Below, piece after piece: positions 19,405 to 28,800 of a DNA stretch of 64,000 bases (its first letter is position 1; each line of letters opens with the position of its first letter). The translations under genes and the position numbers were made by a program. The notes under the pieces were generated by a model. It was not told where the DNA came from, searched no databases, and saw only the letters and a program-made list of their open reading frames with translations. Origin of the DNA: Candidatus Crickella caballi (GTDB lineage: Bacteria > Bacillota > Clostridia > Peptostreptococcales > Anaerovoracaceae); contig JAGHUV010000028.1 of assembly GCA_018064665.1 (NCBI GenBank), positions 1,004-65,003 of the forward strand. The letters run 5' to 3'.

Positions 19405-19782
19405 ATGAAAACAATAGAGACGATGAATAAAAGTCTGCCGAGAGAGGTGTACTATCAGTGCATATGGATTATTAAGGACAGACCGAGGCTGGAGTTTCTT
19501 GTGACTGCACTCGATTGCAGCAGAAATGCCGAAGTAGGAGAGTTTATTCTGCGAGCCGACAGATATGGTGGAATTCTAAGAGAAGAAGTAATGGAGGAAG
19601 CCGAGTTCAAGCTGGAGTGCATTGAAAAGGCTATCGAGGCGGTTCCGGAGGACTACAGAGACGGTATATTGGCCAATATTGTAGAGATGAGGGCATTTGG
19701 TGATGAGGCGCATCCGAATACATGGAAGCGCTGGAAGAGGGTGTTCATCTATGAGCTTGCGAGAAGACTTCGACTGTATTAA
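19405..19782 (+). CDS. Hypothetical protein
   Basis: 125-aa ORF with an RBS (AAGGAGA). I recognise no family. Confidence 0.5.
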   Translation: MKTIETMNKSLPREVYYQCIWIIKDRPRLEFLVTALDCSRNAEVGEFILRADRYGGILREEVMEEAEFKLECIEKAIEAVPEDYRDGILANIVEMRAFGDEAHPNTWKRWKRVFIYELARRLRLY

Positions 19783-19826
19783 AATAATTTTATAGGTTAA
19801 CTAAAAAGACGGGAGAGCGTTAAGAA

Positions 19827-20360
19827 ATGGCTTTTATAGAGAAAACTGTAAGCAGTGAAACTGTTTATAACGGTCCGATTTTTGATATTGTTCAATACAC
19901 TGTTGAGGCAGAGAACGGCTTGGCGAAAAGAGATGTGCTGCAGCATAACGGAGCAGTCATCATAATCGCAATCAAGGATGATGGCAAAATCATCATGGAA
20001 AAGCAGTTTAGGAAGCCATTCGATGCAGTTCTGTATGAGCTTCCTGCCGGCAAAATCGACCGTGGCGAGGATCCTGAAACTGCTGCTTTGCGTGAGCTTC
20101 AGGAGGAGACAGGCTACAAGGCCGGCTCAATCGAACATCTCATGACATATTATCCGACCTGCGGATATTCGACGGAGATTCTGTATATCTACGTATGCAG
20201 AGAGCTTGAGGAGGGCGAGACTAATCTCGACCCGGGTGAGAGCGTAGATGTTATCGAATTCGGCGCCGATGAGCTTGTTGATATGGTAATGAAGAATGAA
20301 ATCAAAGACAGCAAAGCAATTATAGGTGTGCTGTATGCCAGACAGGCGGGGATAATCTGA
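19827..20360 (+). CDS. NUDIX hydrolase (ADP-ribose pyrophosphatase-like)
   Basis: Nudix box GKIDRGEDPETAALRELQEETG. Confidence 0.9.
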   Translation: MAFIEKTVSSETVYNGPIFDIVQYTVEAENGLAKRDVLQHNGAVIIIAIKDDGKIIMEKQFRKPFDAVLYELPAGKIDRGEDPETAALRELQEETGYKAGSIEHLMTYYPTCGYSTEILYIYVCRELEEGETNLDPGESVDVIEFGADELVDMVMKNEIKDSKAIIGVLYARQAGII

Positions 20361-21238
20361 TGAAGGATTTTATAGAATACTTAAAGAATGAAAAACACAA
20401 AGCGGAGAATACTCTGATTGCATATGAGCGTGATATTAAAGGCTTCGAGCAGTTCCTTACAGAGCGCAGAGGCAAGACTTTGGCTGATTGTGCGGAAAGT
20501 GATGCAATCGCATATGTTCTCAGCATGGGCAAAGAAAACAAGTCCAAGGCTACAATCAATCGCAAGGTTTCTGCATTGCGTACCTATTGTGATTTTCTGA
20601 TAGGTCAATCCGTGCTTGATACCAATCCTTTTGCGGGCATTAAGTCCGGCAAGAGTGATAAGCGGGAGATCGATTATCTTACACTTGAAGATGTCGAGGC
20701 ACTGCTGGCGCTTCCGAGTGATGACAGAAAGGGCTTGCGCGACAAGGCTCTTATGGAATTCATGTATGGCACCGGAGCAAGGGTTACTGAAGTAGTAAGG
20801 CTCAGAATTGAAGACGTTAATCTCAGGATGAGCTTTGTTACTCTGCGAGATGTGAATGACGAGAGCAGAATCGTTCCACTCGGCAGATACGCAAGAGAAG
20901 CTCTGGTTGAATACCTTGAGGGCACTTACGATTCGATGAAGGGCTCTGAGAAGAAGGGCGAAGACTATGTGTTCATCAATCTGCGAGGTGAACAGCTTAC
21001 GCGCCAGGGAATCTGGAAGATACTCAAGAATTACGGCGAGAAGCTGGGCCTGGCTGAGCGCATGACACCGCAGATCCTAAGAGACAGCTTTGCAGTTCAC
21101 ATTCTGAAGAATGGAGGAGACCTGAAATCGCTTCAGGAGCTCATGGGCTTCGAAGATATGAGCATAGGAATTGCATATCTGGCTGTTACGGATATACATG
21201 TCAGAGACGTTTTCAAAAGGTGCCATCCGAGGGCGTAG
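20360..21238 (+). CDS. Tyrosine site-specific recombinase, XerD/XerC-like
   Basis: N-terminal SAM-like domain (YLKNEKHKAENTLIAYERDI), catalytic region with RDSFAVHILKNGGDL, LLGH-equivalent and terminal Y. Housekeeping context after nudF, as in Bacillus ripX. Confidence 0.85.
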   Translation: MKDFIEYLKNEKHKAENTLIAYERDIKGFEQFLTERRGKTLADCAESDAIAYVLSMGKENKSKATINRKVSALRTYCDFLIGQSVLDTNPFAGIKSGKSDKREIDYLTLEDVEALLALPSDDRKGLRDKALMEFMYGTGARVTEVVRLRIEDVNLRMSFVTLRDVNDESRIVPLGRYAREALVEYLEGTYDSMKGSEKKGEDYVFINLRGEQLTRQGIWKILKNYGEKLGLAERMTPQILRDSFAVHILKNGGDLKSLQELMGFEDMSIGIAYLAVTDIHVRDVFKRCHPRA

Positions 21239-21299
21239 ATGCTTGAGAAATCAGGGCTTTGAACGCCTGCTTTGCACTCAAAAAAATAATTAAAAAAGC

Positions 21300-21328
21300 T
21301 TGATATTCCAACGCAGCTGTGGTATCCT
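21300..21328 (+). promoter_or_regulatory. rplS promoter with extended -10
   Basis: TTGATA 21300-21305, 17-nt spacer ending TGG, TATCCT 21323-21328. Confidence 0.6.
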
Positions 21329-21420
21329 ATTCAAGCTGTTATTACGGGCGGTCCTCTGGGGATGGGCGGAAGAAGTGCTCAGACGAACCAAGAACGTCTT
21401 TGAGGGAAAGGAGGAATAAC
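21329..21420 (+). promoter_or_regulatory. Structured 5' leader of rplS (candidate L19 autoregulatory leader)
   Basis: About 90-nt untranslated leader with hairpins (GACG..CGTC) and a TCCTCT segment complementary to the AGGAGGA Shine-Dalgarno. Family membership is not verifiable here. Confidence 0.35.
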
Positions 21421-21762
21421 ATGAATATTTTAGACCAGGTTACAATGGATTATAAGAAGGAAGAAATTCCGGCATTCAACGTTGGTGATACACTGCGCGT
21501 GCACGTAAAGATCATCGAGGGCCAGAGAGAAAGAATTCAGGTTTTCGAAGGTTACGTACTTAAGAAGCAGCACGGTGGAATCAATGAGACTTTCACTGTA
21601 AGAAAGCTTTCAAACGGAATCGGAGTTGAGAAGACATTCCCGCTTCACTCACCTAAGATCGAGAAGATCGAGGTAGTTAAGAAGGGTAAGGTTAGAAGAG
21701 CTAAGCTCAACTACATGCGTTCAAGAACAGGTAAGGCTGCAAGAATTAAGAGCGCTGAATAA
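21421..21762 (+). CDS. rplS: 50S ribosomal protein L19
   Basis: MNILDQV...[33 protein letters not shown] lies 7 nt upstream. The ORF-track start 21319 is an artefactual extension. Confidence 0.96.
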   Translation: MNILDQVTMDYKKEEIPAFNVGDTLRVHVKIIEGQRERIQVFEGYVLKKQHGGINETFTVRKLSNGIGVEKTFPLHSPKIEKIEVVKKGKVRRAKLNYMRSRTGKAARIKSAE

Positions 21763-21772
21763 TTTACGAATG

Positions 21773-21801
21773 AAAACGGAAGTTTCGGCTTCCGTTTTTT
21801 T
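21773..21801 (+). terminator. Rho-independent terminator
   Basis: AAAACGGAAG-TTTCGG-CTTCCGTTTT followed by TTT. Confidence 0.85.
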
Positions 21802-21849
21802 CTTAATAAATAAACTAACTCATAGAACACCTTATGCTATAATTGAATC

Positions 21850-22701
21850 ATGATAGAGAATATTAACTGGTATCCGGGTCACATGAAGAAGACCCGTGAA
21901 TTAATAAAGGAAAACCTTAAAGCTGTTGACTGTGTTGTTGAAATAGTCGACAGCCGTATTCCTGTGTCCAGCCGTAATCCGATTATCGATGAGCTGATCG
22001 GCGGCAAGAGACGTATTATTGTGCTGGGTAAAGCAGATCTGGCAGATGAGAAGGAGAACGCAAAATGGAAAGAGTTTTTCGAAACATTTGCGGAAGAAAA
22101 GAATCTGGCAAAGGTTCTGGTTCTCAATCTTCAGTCAGGCGAGAATATCAAACAGCTTCTCAAGACTCTTGAAGCTGAACAGACCAGAAGAAATGCCGAA
22201 AAGTCCGTGCCAAGGCCTCTTCGTCTCATGATCGTTGGCGTTCCGAATGTAGGGAAGTCCTCGTTGATCAACAGACTGACAGGAAAGCGCTCTGCTGTTA
22301 CGGGCGACAAGCCCGGAGTTACCAAGGGCAAGCAGTGGCTCACTCTCGATAACGGCATGCAGCTGCTCGACACACCGGGTGTGCTTTGGCCTAAGTTCGA
22401 GGACCCTAATGTGGGACTCAACCTCGCATTTTGCGGCAGCATCAAAGACGATATTCTCGGTGTACAGGATCTGGGGTATGAGCTGATCAGAGTGCTTGGT
22501 GAGACATATCCGAGCCTGCTTCAGGAGCGTTATAAGCTGGATGAAATTGCCGGGACACCGATTGAGAATATGGATGCTATCGCTGTTAAGAGGGGCTTTC
22601 TTCTGTCCGGCAAGCGCATAGACTACGAGAGAACAGGAAGAACTGTTCTCGATGAGTTCAGAGGCGGTAAGATAGGAAAGATCACATTGGAGAAGCTGTA
22701 A
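21850..22701 (+). CDS. rbgA: Ribosome biogenesis GTPase A (YlqF)
   Basis: NWYPGHM, circularly permuted G motifs (GKADL ... GVPNVGKSSLIN ... DTPG). Confidence 0.93.
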   Translation: MIENINWYPGHMKKTRELIKENLKAVDCVVEIVDSRIPVSSRNPIIDELIGGKRRIIVLGKADLADEKENAKWKEFFETFAEEKNLAKVLVLNLQSGENIKQLLKTLEAEQTRRNAEKSVPRPLRLMIVGVPNVGKSSLINRLTGKRSAVTGDKPGVTKGKQWLTLDNGMQLLDTPGVLWPKFEDPNVGLNLAFCGSIKDDILGVQDLGYELIRVLGETYPSLLQERYKLDEIAGTPIENMDAIAVKRGFLLSGKRIDYERTGRTVLDEFRGGKIGKITLEKL

Positions 22702-24021
22702 ATGACAAAGGCTGAGAGAGAAGAACTTCAGAAGACTTCGCTGATCGAGATGAGAGCAGCGGAGGATGAACTTCATGTAAAGGGCATAAAGTATATTGCC
22801 GGCATCGACGAGGTTGGTCGTGGACCGCTTGCAGGACCGGTATATGCTGCTGCGGTTGTTTTGCCAGAGGGCTTTGACGTGCTCGGCATTAACGATTCAA
22901 AGAAGCTGTCTGCAAAGAAGAGAGAGGAGCTGAGCGCGATTATAAAGGAACGCGCAACGGCATACGGCATCGGTATTGCAGACAACCACGAAATCGACGA
23001 ACTGAATATTTTGAATGCGACCAAGCTGGCGATGAAGAGGGCCATTAAAGCATGTAACGACAGGCTTGCTGAAACGGGAGGCGAAATAGAACAACTCATG
23101 ATAGACGCAGTAAAGCTTGATGTGGATATTCCTCAGGAATCCATCATCAAGGGCGATGCGAAGTGCCTGTGTATTGCAGCAGCTTCTATCGTTGCCAAGG
23201 TTGCCAGAGACGCATATATGGAGGAAATGGACGGGCTGTATCCGGGCTATGATTTCGCATCAAATAAGGGATACGGTACAGCGGCTCATTACGAGGGTCT
23301 GCGGGAAATCGGTTTTACGCCGATACACAGAAGAACTTTCCTTAAGAAGTTTGAAGAAGAACAGGCGGGCGATCGTGCCGCTGCCTGGGGGAATAAGGAG
23401 AAGACCATGGCTAAGAAGGTTTACGCAGTAAAAAAGGGAAGAGAGACCGGTATTTTCATGGACTGGGATACATGCAGGAAGCAGGTTGACGGATACCCGG
23501 GAGCAGAATACAAGAGCTTTGCAGATGCCAATGATGCGCTCGCATATCTTGGACTTGCATCGTCCAAAGCGGAGGAGACCTTCGGAGAATCCACTGGAAC
23601 AAGAGCTTATGTGGACGGAAGCTACGATGCAGCTACAGGACGTTATTCGTGCGGTGTTGTAATTGTTGATACCGATGAGAACGGCAATGTACAGACTTAT
23701 GAGATGAATGCCTGCTATGATGACAGAGAAGCCGCAGAGCAACGCAATGTTGCTGGAGAAATAATGGGTGCAAAACTTGCGATAGATTATTGTAAAGTAA
23801 ACGGCATTGACACTATTGAGATCTATCACGACTACGAAGGAGTCGGAAAGTGGGCTGACGACCTGTGGAAGGCAAACAATCCTCTGACAAAGGGCTACAA
23901 GGCCTATGTTGCAGAGGCTCGTGAAACGATGGCGATAAGCTTTGTGAAGGTTAAGGCGCATGCCGGAAACAAGTACAATGAACTGGCAGACGGTCTTGCC
24001 AAGGAAGCCTTGAAAAAGTAA
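22702..24021 (+). CDS. rnhB: Fusion protein: RNase HII (N-terminal) + hybrid-binding domain + RNase HI-type domain (C-terminal)
   Basis: aa 1-~215: GIDEVGRGPLAGPV, DSKKL, GYG RNase HII motifs. aa ~236-285: KVYAVKKGRETGIFMDWDTCRKQVDGYPGAEYKSF (viroplasmin/HBD fold). aa ~295-439: YVDGS, NVAGEIMGA, HDYEG, KAHAGNKYNELAD (RNase HI DEDD pattern). One uninterrupted frame. Confidence 0.85.
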   Translation: MTKAEREELQKTSLIEMRAAEDELHVKGIKYIAGIDEVGRGPLAGPVYAAAVVLPEGFDVLGINDSKKLSAKKREELSAIIKERATAYGIGIADNHEIDELNILNATKLAMKRAIKACNDRLAETGGEIEQLMIDAVKLDVDIPQESIIKGDAKCLCIAAASIVAKVARDAYMEEMDGLYPGYDFASNKGYGTAAHYEGLREIGFTPIHRRTFLKKFEEEQAGDRAAAWGNKEKTMAKKVYAVKKGRETGIFMDWDTCRKQVDGYPGAEYKSFADANDALAYLGLASSKAEETFGESTGTRAYVDGSYDAATGRYSCGVVIVDTDENGNVQTYEMNACYDDREAAEQRNVAGEIMGAKLAIDYCKVNGIDTIEIYHDYEGVGKWADDLWKANNPLTKGYKAYVAEARETMAISFVKVKAHAGNKYNELADGLAKEALKK

Positions 24022-24042
24022 TACATATGTGATGTAAAAATG

Positions 24043-24075
24043 GGTCGCAGGACTGTCCTTGCGACCTCTTTTTAT
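24043..24075 (+). terminator. Rho-independent terminator
   Basis: GGTCGCAGG ... CCTTGCGACC stem followed by TCTTTTT. Confidence 0.75.
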
Positions 24076-24120
24076 GTTACAATAAGTTGTCAGAAAATGT
24101 GCACAGAGGAGCAATAAATT

Positions 24121-24825
24121 ATGGCGTTTAGATATTATAATGCAGAGCGTATAAGAGAGAGAATGCCTGAGTATAAGGGCACCGATGAGGAGCTTCAGGA
24201 TTCGATTGACAATATCAGCCTGCTGTACAATTCGGCAATGAAGAATCTTGAGACCAAACTCGAGATCCTTTCGGACGACTTCGACAAGATGCATTCCTAC
24301 ATGCCGATTCATCACATTCAGTCAAGGCTTAAGACCTTCGACAGCATTCTCAATAAAGCCGTGAGATACGGCATCGAGGATCCTGTCAACAACCTCGATG
24401 TCGTTATGAGAGAAGTGCTTGACATCGCAGGAATCCGAGTCGTCTGCAACTATGAAGAAGACATACGTACGATGTACGATCTGCTTCTCAAGCAGGAGGA
24501 CGTCGATATGATAAGGATGAAGGACTATTGTGATGATCCTAAGGAGAGCGGATACAGAAGCCTTCACCTGGTAGTATCGGTTCCGGTATATCTGGTAAAC
24601 CGCAAGGCAGTCGTGCCTGTGGAGGTCCAGTTCAGGAGTGTTGCGATGGATGCATGGGCAAGCCTCGAGCACGAGCTGAGATATAAGCACAGAGGAGAAC
24701 TTTCTCAGGAAATCGTTGATGAACTCAAGGAATGTGCTGAAATACTGAACGATGTAGATGAGCGCTTATCACGAATCAGGCACGAAGTGCTTACAGACGA
24801 GAGTGAATACAGCGACAGGATATAG
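24121..24825 (+). CDS. Small alarmone synthetase (RelQ/RelP-type GTP pyrophosphokinase)
   Basis: RelA/SpoT synthetase-domain motifs DIAGIRVV, GYRSLHLVV, EVQFRSVAMDAWASLEHELRYK. 234 aa with no hydrolase domain. Confidence 0.88.
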   Translation: MAFRYYNAERIRERMPEYKGTDEELQDSIDNISLLYNSAMKNLETKLEILSDDFDKMHSYMPIHHIQSRLKTFDSILNKAVRYGIEDPVNNLDVVMREVLDIAGIRVVCNYEEDIRTMYDLLLKQEDVDMIRMKDYCDDPKESGYRSLHLVVSVPVYLVNRKAVVPVEVQFRSVAMDAWASLEHELRYKHRGELSQEIVDELKECAEILNDVDERLSRIRHEVLTDESEYSDRI

Positions 24826-24839
24826 GAGACGAGACGGAT

Positions 24840-27545
24840 ATGAAACAGAATTTGGCAAAGACATATAATCCTAAAGAATTCGAAGACCGAATTTATGAAA
24901 TGTGGGAGAGCAAGGGAGCATTTAACGCAGAGGTAGATAAGGACAAAAAACCTTTCACCATCGTTATGCCACCTCCAAATATTACAGGCCAGCTTCATAT
25001 GGGACATGCACTGGACCAGACTCTGCAGGACATCCTGACAAGATGGAAGAGAATGCAGGGCTACAGCGCACTTTGGCTGCCGGGAAGTGACCATGCAAGT
25101 ATCGCAACTGAGGTTAAGGTTGCTGAGAAGCTGAAGAAGGACAAGGGAATAGACAAGCACGATATCGGACGTGAAGAGTTCCTTAAGCTCGCATGGGACT
25201 GGAAGAGAGAGTACGGCGGACGCATCACAAAGCAGTGCCGTAAGCTCGGAGACTCCTGCGACTGGAGAAGAGAACGCTTTACAATGGACGAGGGCTGCAA
25301 CAAGGCTGTAAATGAGATGTTCATCAGCCTGTATAAGAAGGGCCTCATATACAAGGGAAACAGAATCATCAACTGGTGTCCAAGCTGCTGCACAACTCTG
25401 TCGGATGCAGAGGTTGAGCACGAAGATGTAAACGGACACTACTGGTACTTCAGATATCCGGCAGCAGACGGAGGAGAGGGCATTACAATTGCAACCTCCC
25501 GTCCTGAGACAATGTTTGCCGATATCGCAATCGCTGTTGCAGAGGGTGATCCAAGATATGAACATCTGGTAGGCAAGACTGTTCTGCTTCCTCTCGTAGG
25601 TCGCGAGATTCCTGTTATTACAGATGAACACGCTGACCCTGAGAAGGGAACAGGTGCCGTAAAGATCACACCTGCACACGACCTCAACGACTTTGAAGTC
25701 GGACAGAGACACGGACTTGATGCAAGCCTGTCCTGCATAGATGAACATGCAATCATGACTGAACTTGCGGGAAAGTATGCGGGAATGGATCGTTATGAGT
25801 GCCGTAAGGCATGGGTAAAGGATCTTGAAGAGGCCGGTTACCTGGTTAAGATTGATGACCTTATCATTCCTACAGGAACCTGCTACAGATGCCATACAGT
25901 AGTTGAGCCAAGAATCAGTGATCAGTGGTTCGTAGCAATGAAGACTCTTGCTGAGCCTGCTATCAAGGCAGCTGCAGGTGAGGGCGGAGAGCTCGAGTAT
26001 GTACCACCGAGATTTGAGAAAATCTATCTTAACTGGCTTTACGATATCAGAGACTGGTGTATTTCAAGACAGCTCTGGTGGGGACACAGAATCCCTGCAT
26101 ACTACTGCGATGAGTGCGGCGAGGTTGTTGTACAGCAGGGTATGCCTGACAAATGTCCTAAGTGCGGATGCACTCATCTTACACAGGATGAGGACGTACT
26201 GGACACATGGTTCAGTTCCGCTCTGTGGCCGTTCTCAACACTGGGCTGGCCGGAAAAGACTCCTGAACTCGAATACTTCTATCCTAATAATGTAATGGTA
26301 ACAGGCTACGACATCATATTCTTCTGGGTAGTAAGAATGGTATTCTCAGGAATTTATACTATGGGAGAGATTCCGTTCAAGCATGTATTCATCCACGGAC
26401 TTGTAAGAGATGAGCAGGGACGCAAGATGTCCAAATCACTTGGAAACGGCATCGATCCACTCGAGATTATTGATGAAGTAGGTGCGGATGCCCTGAGATT
26501 TATGCTTGCAACAGGTATTTCGCCCGGAAACGATATGAGATTCCTCTCAAGCAAGCTTGAGTCGGCACGTAACTTTGCAAACAAGCTGTGGAATGCTTCA
26601 CGTTTCACTATCATGAACTTCATCGGAGAGGATGGCGAATATCTTCCGATGGCAACTGCCGAGACAGCAAAGCTTCGTGATGAGGATAAGTGGATTATCG
26701 CCAAAATCAACGAGGGTGCTCGTGAGATTACAGCTGATCTCGATAAGTTCGAGACAGGTCTGGCAGGTCAGAAGGTATATGAGCTTATCTGGGATGTATA
26801 CTGCGACTGGTACATCGAGCTTGTTAAGGCAAGACTCTGGGGTGATGATGAAGAAGACAAGATGACTGCAAGATACGTACTGCAGAAGACTCTCAAGGAT
26901 CTCCTTAAGCTCCTGCATCCGTTTATGCCTTTCATCACAGAGGAAATCTGGGGATTCCTGCCTCGTACAGAGGGCGAGGTAAGTGATGAGAATCCTGACG
27001 GGCTTCTGATCAGAGCAAGCTGGCCGGAGTATTCGGCTGAGATCGGCGAATCCGCTGACTATGCTGAGGCAGTTAAGAAGCTTGAGACTGCTATGGAAAT
27101 CATCAAGTCTGTACGTAATATTCGTGCAGAGGCCGAAGCGGCTCCAAGCAGACATGTCAACCTGATCGTTAAGACTGACACTCTGTCCGGCATGATTCCT
27201 GCAATCGAGAGTTATATCAGAAATATTGCTAATGTTGACAGCATCAAGGTTGAAGGAATGGATGCTGAGGCACCGGATGATGTAATGTCAGCAGTATTTA
27301 ACGGCGGTGAGATTCTTGTTCCGTTAGATGAGCTCGTAGACAAGAAGGCTGAAATCGAGCGTCTTGAAAAGGAAAAGGCGCGTCTTGAATCTGAGGTAGC
27401 AAGAGTTGAGAAGAAGCTTGCTAATCAGGGCTTTGTTGCCAAGGCTCCTGCAGCAGTAGTTGAGGAAGAAAAGGCAAAGGGCGAGAAATACAAAGAGATG
27501 CTTGAAACTGTCAGCGCAAGACTTGCAGCTCTGGCTGAAAAATAA
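24840..27545 (+). CDS. valS: Valine--tRNA ligase
   Basis: PPNITGQLHMGHAL (HIGH), KMSKSLGN (KMSKS), C-terminal coiled coil, 901 aa. Confidence 0.97.
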   Translation: MKQNLAKTYNPKEFEDRIYEMWESKGAFNAEVDKDKKPFTIVMPPPNITGQLHMGHALDQTLQDILTRWKRMQGYSALWLPGSDHASIATEVKVAEKLKKDKGIDKHDIGREEFLKLAWDWKREYGGRITKQCRKLGDSCDWRRERFTMDEGCNKAVNEMFISLYKKGLIYKGNRIINWCPSCCTTLSDAEVEHEDVNGHYWYFRYPAADGGEGITIATSRPETMFADIAIAVAEGDPRYEHLVGKTVLLPLVGREIPVITDEHADPEKGTGAVKITPAHDLNDFEVGQRHGLDASLSCIDEHAIMTELAGKYAGMDRYECRKAWVKDLEEAGYLVKIDDLIIPTGTCYRCHTVVEPRISDQWFVAMKTLAEPAIKAAAGEGGELEYVPPRFEKIYLNWLYDIRDWCISRQLWWGHRIPAYYCDECGEVVVQQGMPDKCPKCGCTHLTQDEDVLDTWFSSALWPFSTLGWPEKTPELEYFYPNNVMVTGYDIIFFWVVRMVFSGIYTMGEIPFKHVFIHGLVRDEQGRKMSKSLGNGIDPLEIIDEVGADALRFMLATGISPGNDMRFLSSKLESARNFANKLWNASRFTIMNFIGEDGEYLPMATAETAKLRDEDKWIIAKINEGAREITADLDKFETGLAGQKVYELIWDVYCDWYIELVKARLWGDDEEDKMTARYVLQKTLKDLLKLLHPFMPFITEEIWGFLPRTEGEVSDENPDGLLIRASWPEYSAEIGESADYAEAVKKLETAMEIIKSVRNIRAEAEAAPSRHVNLIVKTDTLSGMIPAIESYIRNIANVDSIKVEGMDAEAPDDVMSAVFNGGEILVPLDELVDKKAEIERLEKEKARLESEVARVEKKLANQGFVAKAPAAVVEEEKAKGEKYKEMLETVSARLAALAEK

Positions 27546-28750
27546 TGGCATATAAAGATGGATTAAAGAGAATGAGGAAACTCCTTGAAATCCTGGAGAA
27601 TCCGGAGAAAGACTTCAAGGTGTTTCATATAGCCGGTACTAACGGTAAGGGATCTACGGCATCAATGATAGCTCTGATGCTTGAGAAGAAGGGGTTCAGC
27701 GTAGGTGTTTATACTTCACCGCATCTGGAATCCTACTGTGAGAGGTTCCAGATATGGGACGGAGCTCACAGAATGATAGCAGAAGAGAAATATGAGGAAC
27801 TGGGATGCTGCGTGGATAAGGCGGTATCTCAGCTTCCGAAAGAACTCAGATTTGATCCTGACAGAGGCATTACTGTGTTCGAGCGTCTTACGGCAATCGC
27901 TTATCTGTGGTTCGCCGAGGAGAGGCCGGACTACGTAGTGCTGGAGTGCGGCCTCGGCGGCCGTCTTGATTCTACCAATACAATAGAGCGGCCGCTGGTC
28001 AGTGTGATCGCTCAGGTCGGTCTGGATCACACTGCACTCCTCGGCAATACCGTTATTAAGATTGCCAGGGAGAAGGCAGGGATTATAAAGCAGGGCACAC
28101 CGGTAGTTTCGCAGACTGAGGACACGCTGATTAAGAATGTGTTCATAACCGAAGCCCGAAACAAGGGCTGCGACTTCTATGATGCATCGCTGCTCTTTGA
28201 CAAGCTCAAGGGACGCGAGCTTCCTCTTAAGGGTGAGCACCAGATAAGAAATTACGCAACGGCATGTGCTGCGATGCAGGCTGCGGGCTTTGAACCCGAG
28301 GAATTAAGCAAAGATTCTTCAGTTCCGGAGACCTGCTATGGTCGTTTCGAAGTAATCGGAGACAGCCCGATTTGGGTTATCGACGGCGGTCATAACCCGG
28401 ATGCAATCAGTGCTCTGGCAGACGCTTATTCCGCCTGGGCACGCACGAATAAAATCAGAAGAACGCTGGTTATTTTCGGGTGCATGAAAGACAAAAACTA
28501 CACCCGTATGATACAATTACTTACAGAAAAGCTTAAGGGTTGCAACTATGCAACAGTCACTATTGACGATGAGCGTGCGGCAGACTCTGAGCTTCTTGGA
28601 CAGACTTTCGCTAAGCGTGGCAGGAGCGTGATCTGCTACGATGGCGCTGAGGAAGCCTATAACGAGACAGTAAATTCGAACTATGAAGCTGTTCTCGTTG
28701 TCGGATCCATATATCTTGCAGGAGAAATGCGAAAGCTCCTGCTCGAATAA
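27545..28750 (+). CDS. folC: Folylpolyglutamate synthase / dihydrofolate synthase
   Basis: P-loop GTNGKGST, Mur-ligase architecture, conserved valS-folC order. Confidence 0.9.
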   Translation: MAYKDGLKRMRKLLEILENPEKDFKVFHIAGTNGKGSTASMIALMLEKKGFSVGVYTSPHLESYCERFQIWDGAHRMIAEEKYEELGCCVDKAVSQLPKELRFDPDRGITVFERLTAIAYLWFAEERPDYVVLECGLGGRLDSTNTIERPLVSVIAQVGLDHTALLGNTVIKIAREKAGIIKQGTPVVSQTEDTLIKNVFITEARNKGCDFYDASLLFDKLKGRELPLKGEHQIRNYATACAAMQAAGFEPEELSKDSSVPETCYGRFEVIGDSPIWVIDGGHNPDAISALADAYSAWARTNKIRRTLVIFGCMKDKNYTRMIQLLTEKLKGCNYATVTIDDERAADSELLGQTFAKRGRSVICYDGAEEAYNETVNSNYEAVLVVGSIYLAGEMRKLLLE

Positions 28751-28800
28751 GTCGAGTTGTTTTTATAATTCGTAAATTTTTTTAGAAAGGAATCGGGACT

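Noticed and set aside
20360-21238. Tyrosine recombinase as the integrase of a mobile element or as the invertase for the 7608-7892 palindrome
   Set aside because: - It overlaps nudF in a conserved housekeeping arrangement.
- It has XerC/D size and motifs.
- It has no flanking repeats or cargo.
- It lies 12 kb from the palindrome.
21319-21420. 34-codon N-terminal extension of rplS in the ORF track
   Set aside because: The canonical L19 N-terminus (MNILDQV) begins at 21421 with a strong RBS, and the extension overlaps the promoter and leader.
23260-24315. 351-aa minus-strand ORF spanning the rnhB-fusion 3' half and the alarmone synthetase 5' end
   Set aside because: It is antisense to two well-supported genes and crosses their intergenic terminator. 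The sequence is low complexity.
24705-25895. 396-aa ORF on the minus strand
   Set aside because: It lies entirely antisense to the strongly supported valS gene. It is Cys/Ser/Leu-rich with no recognisable motif and no RBS, which is typical of a shadow ORF.
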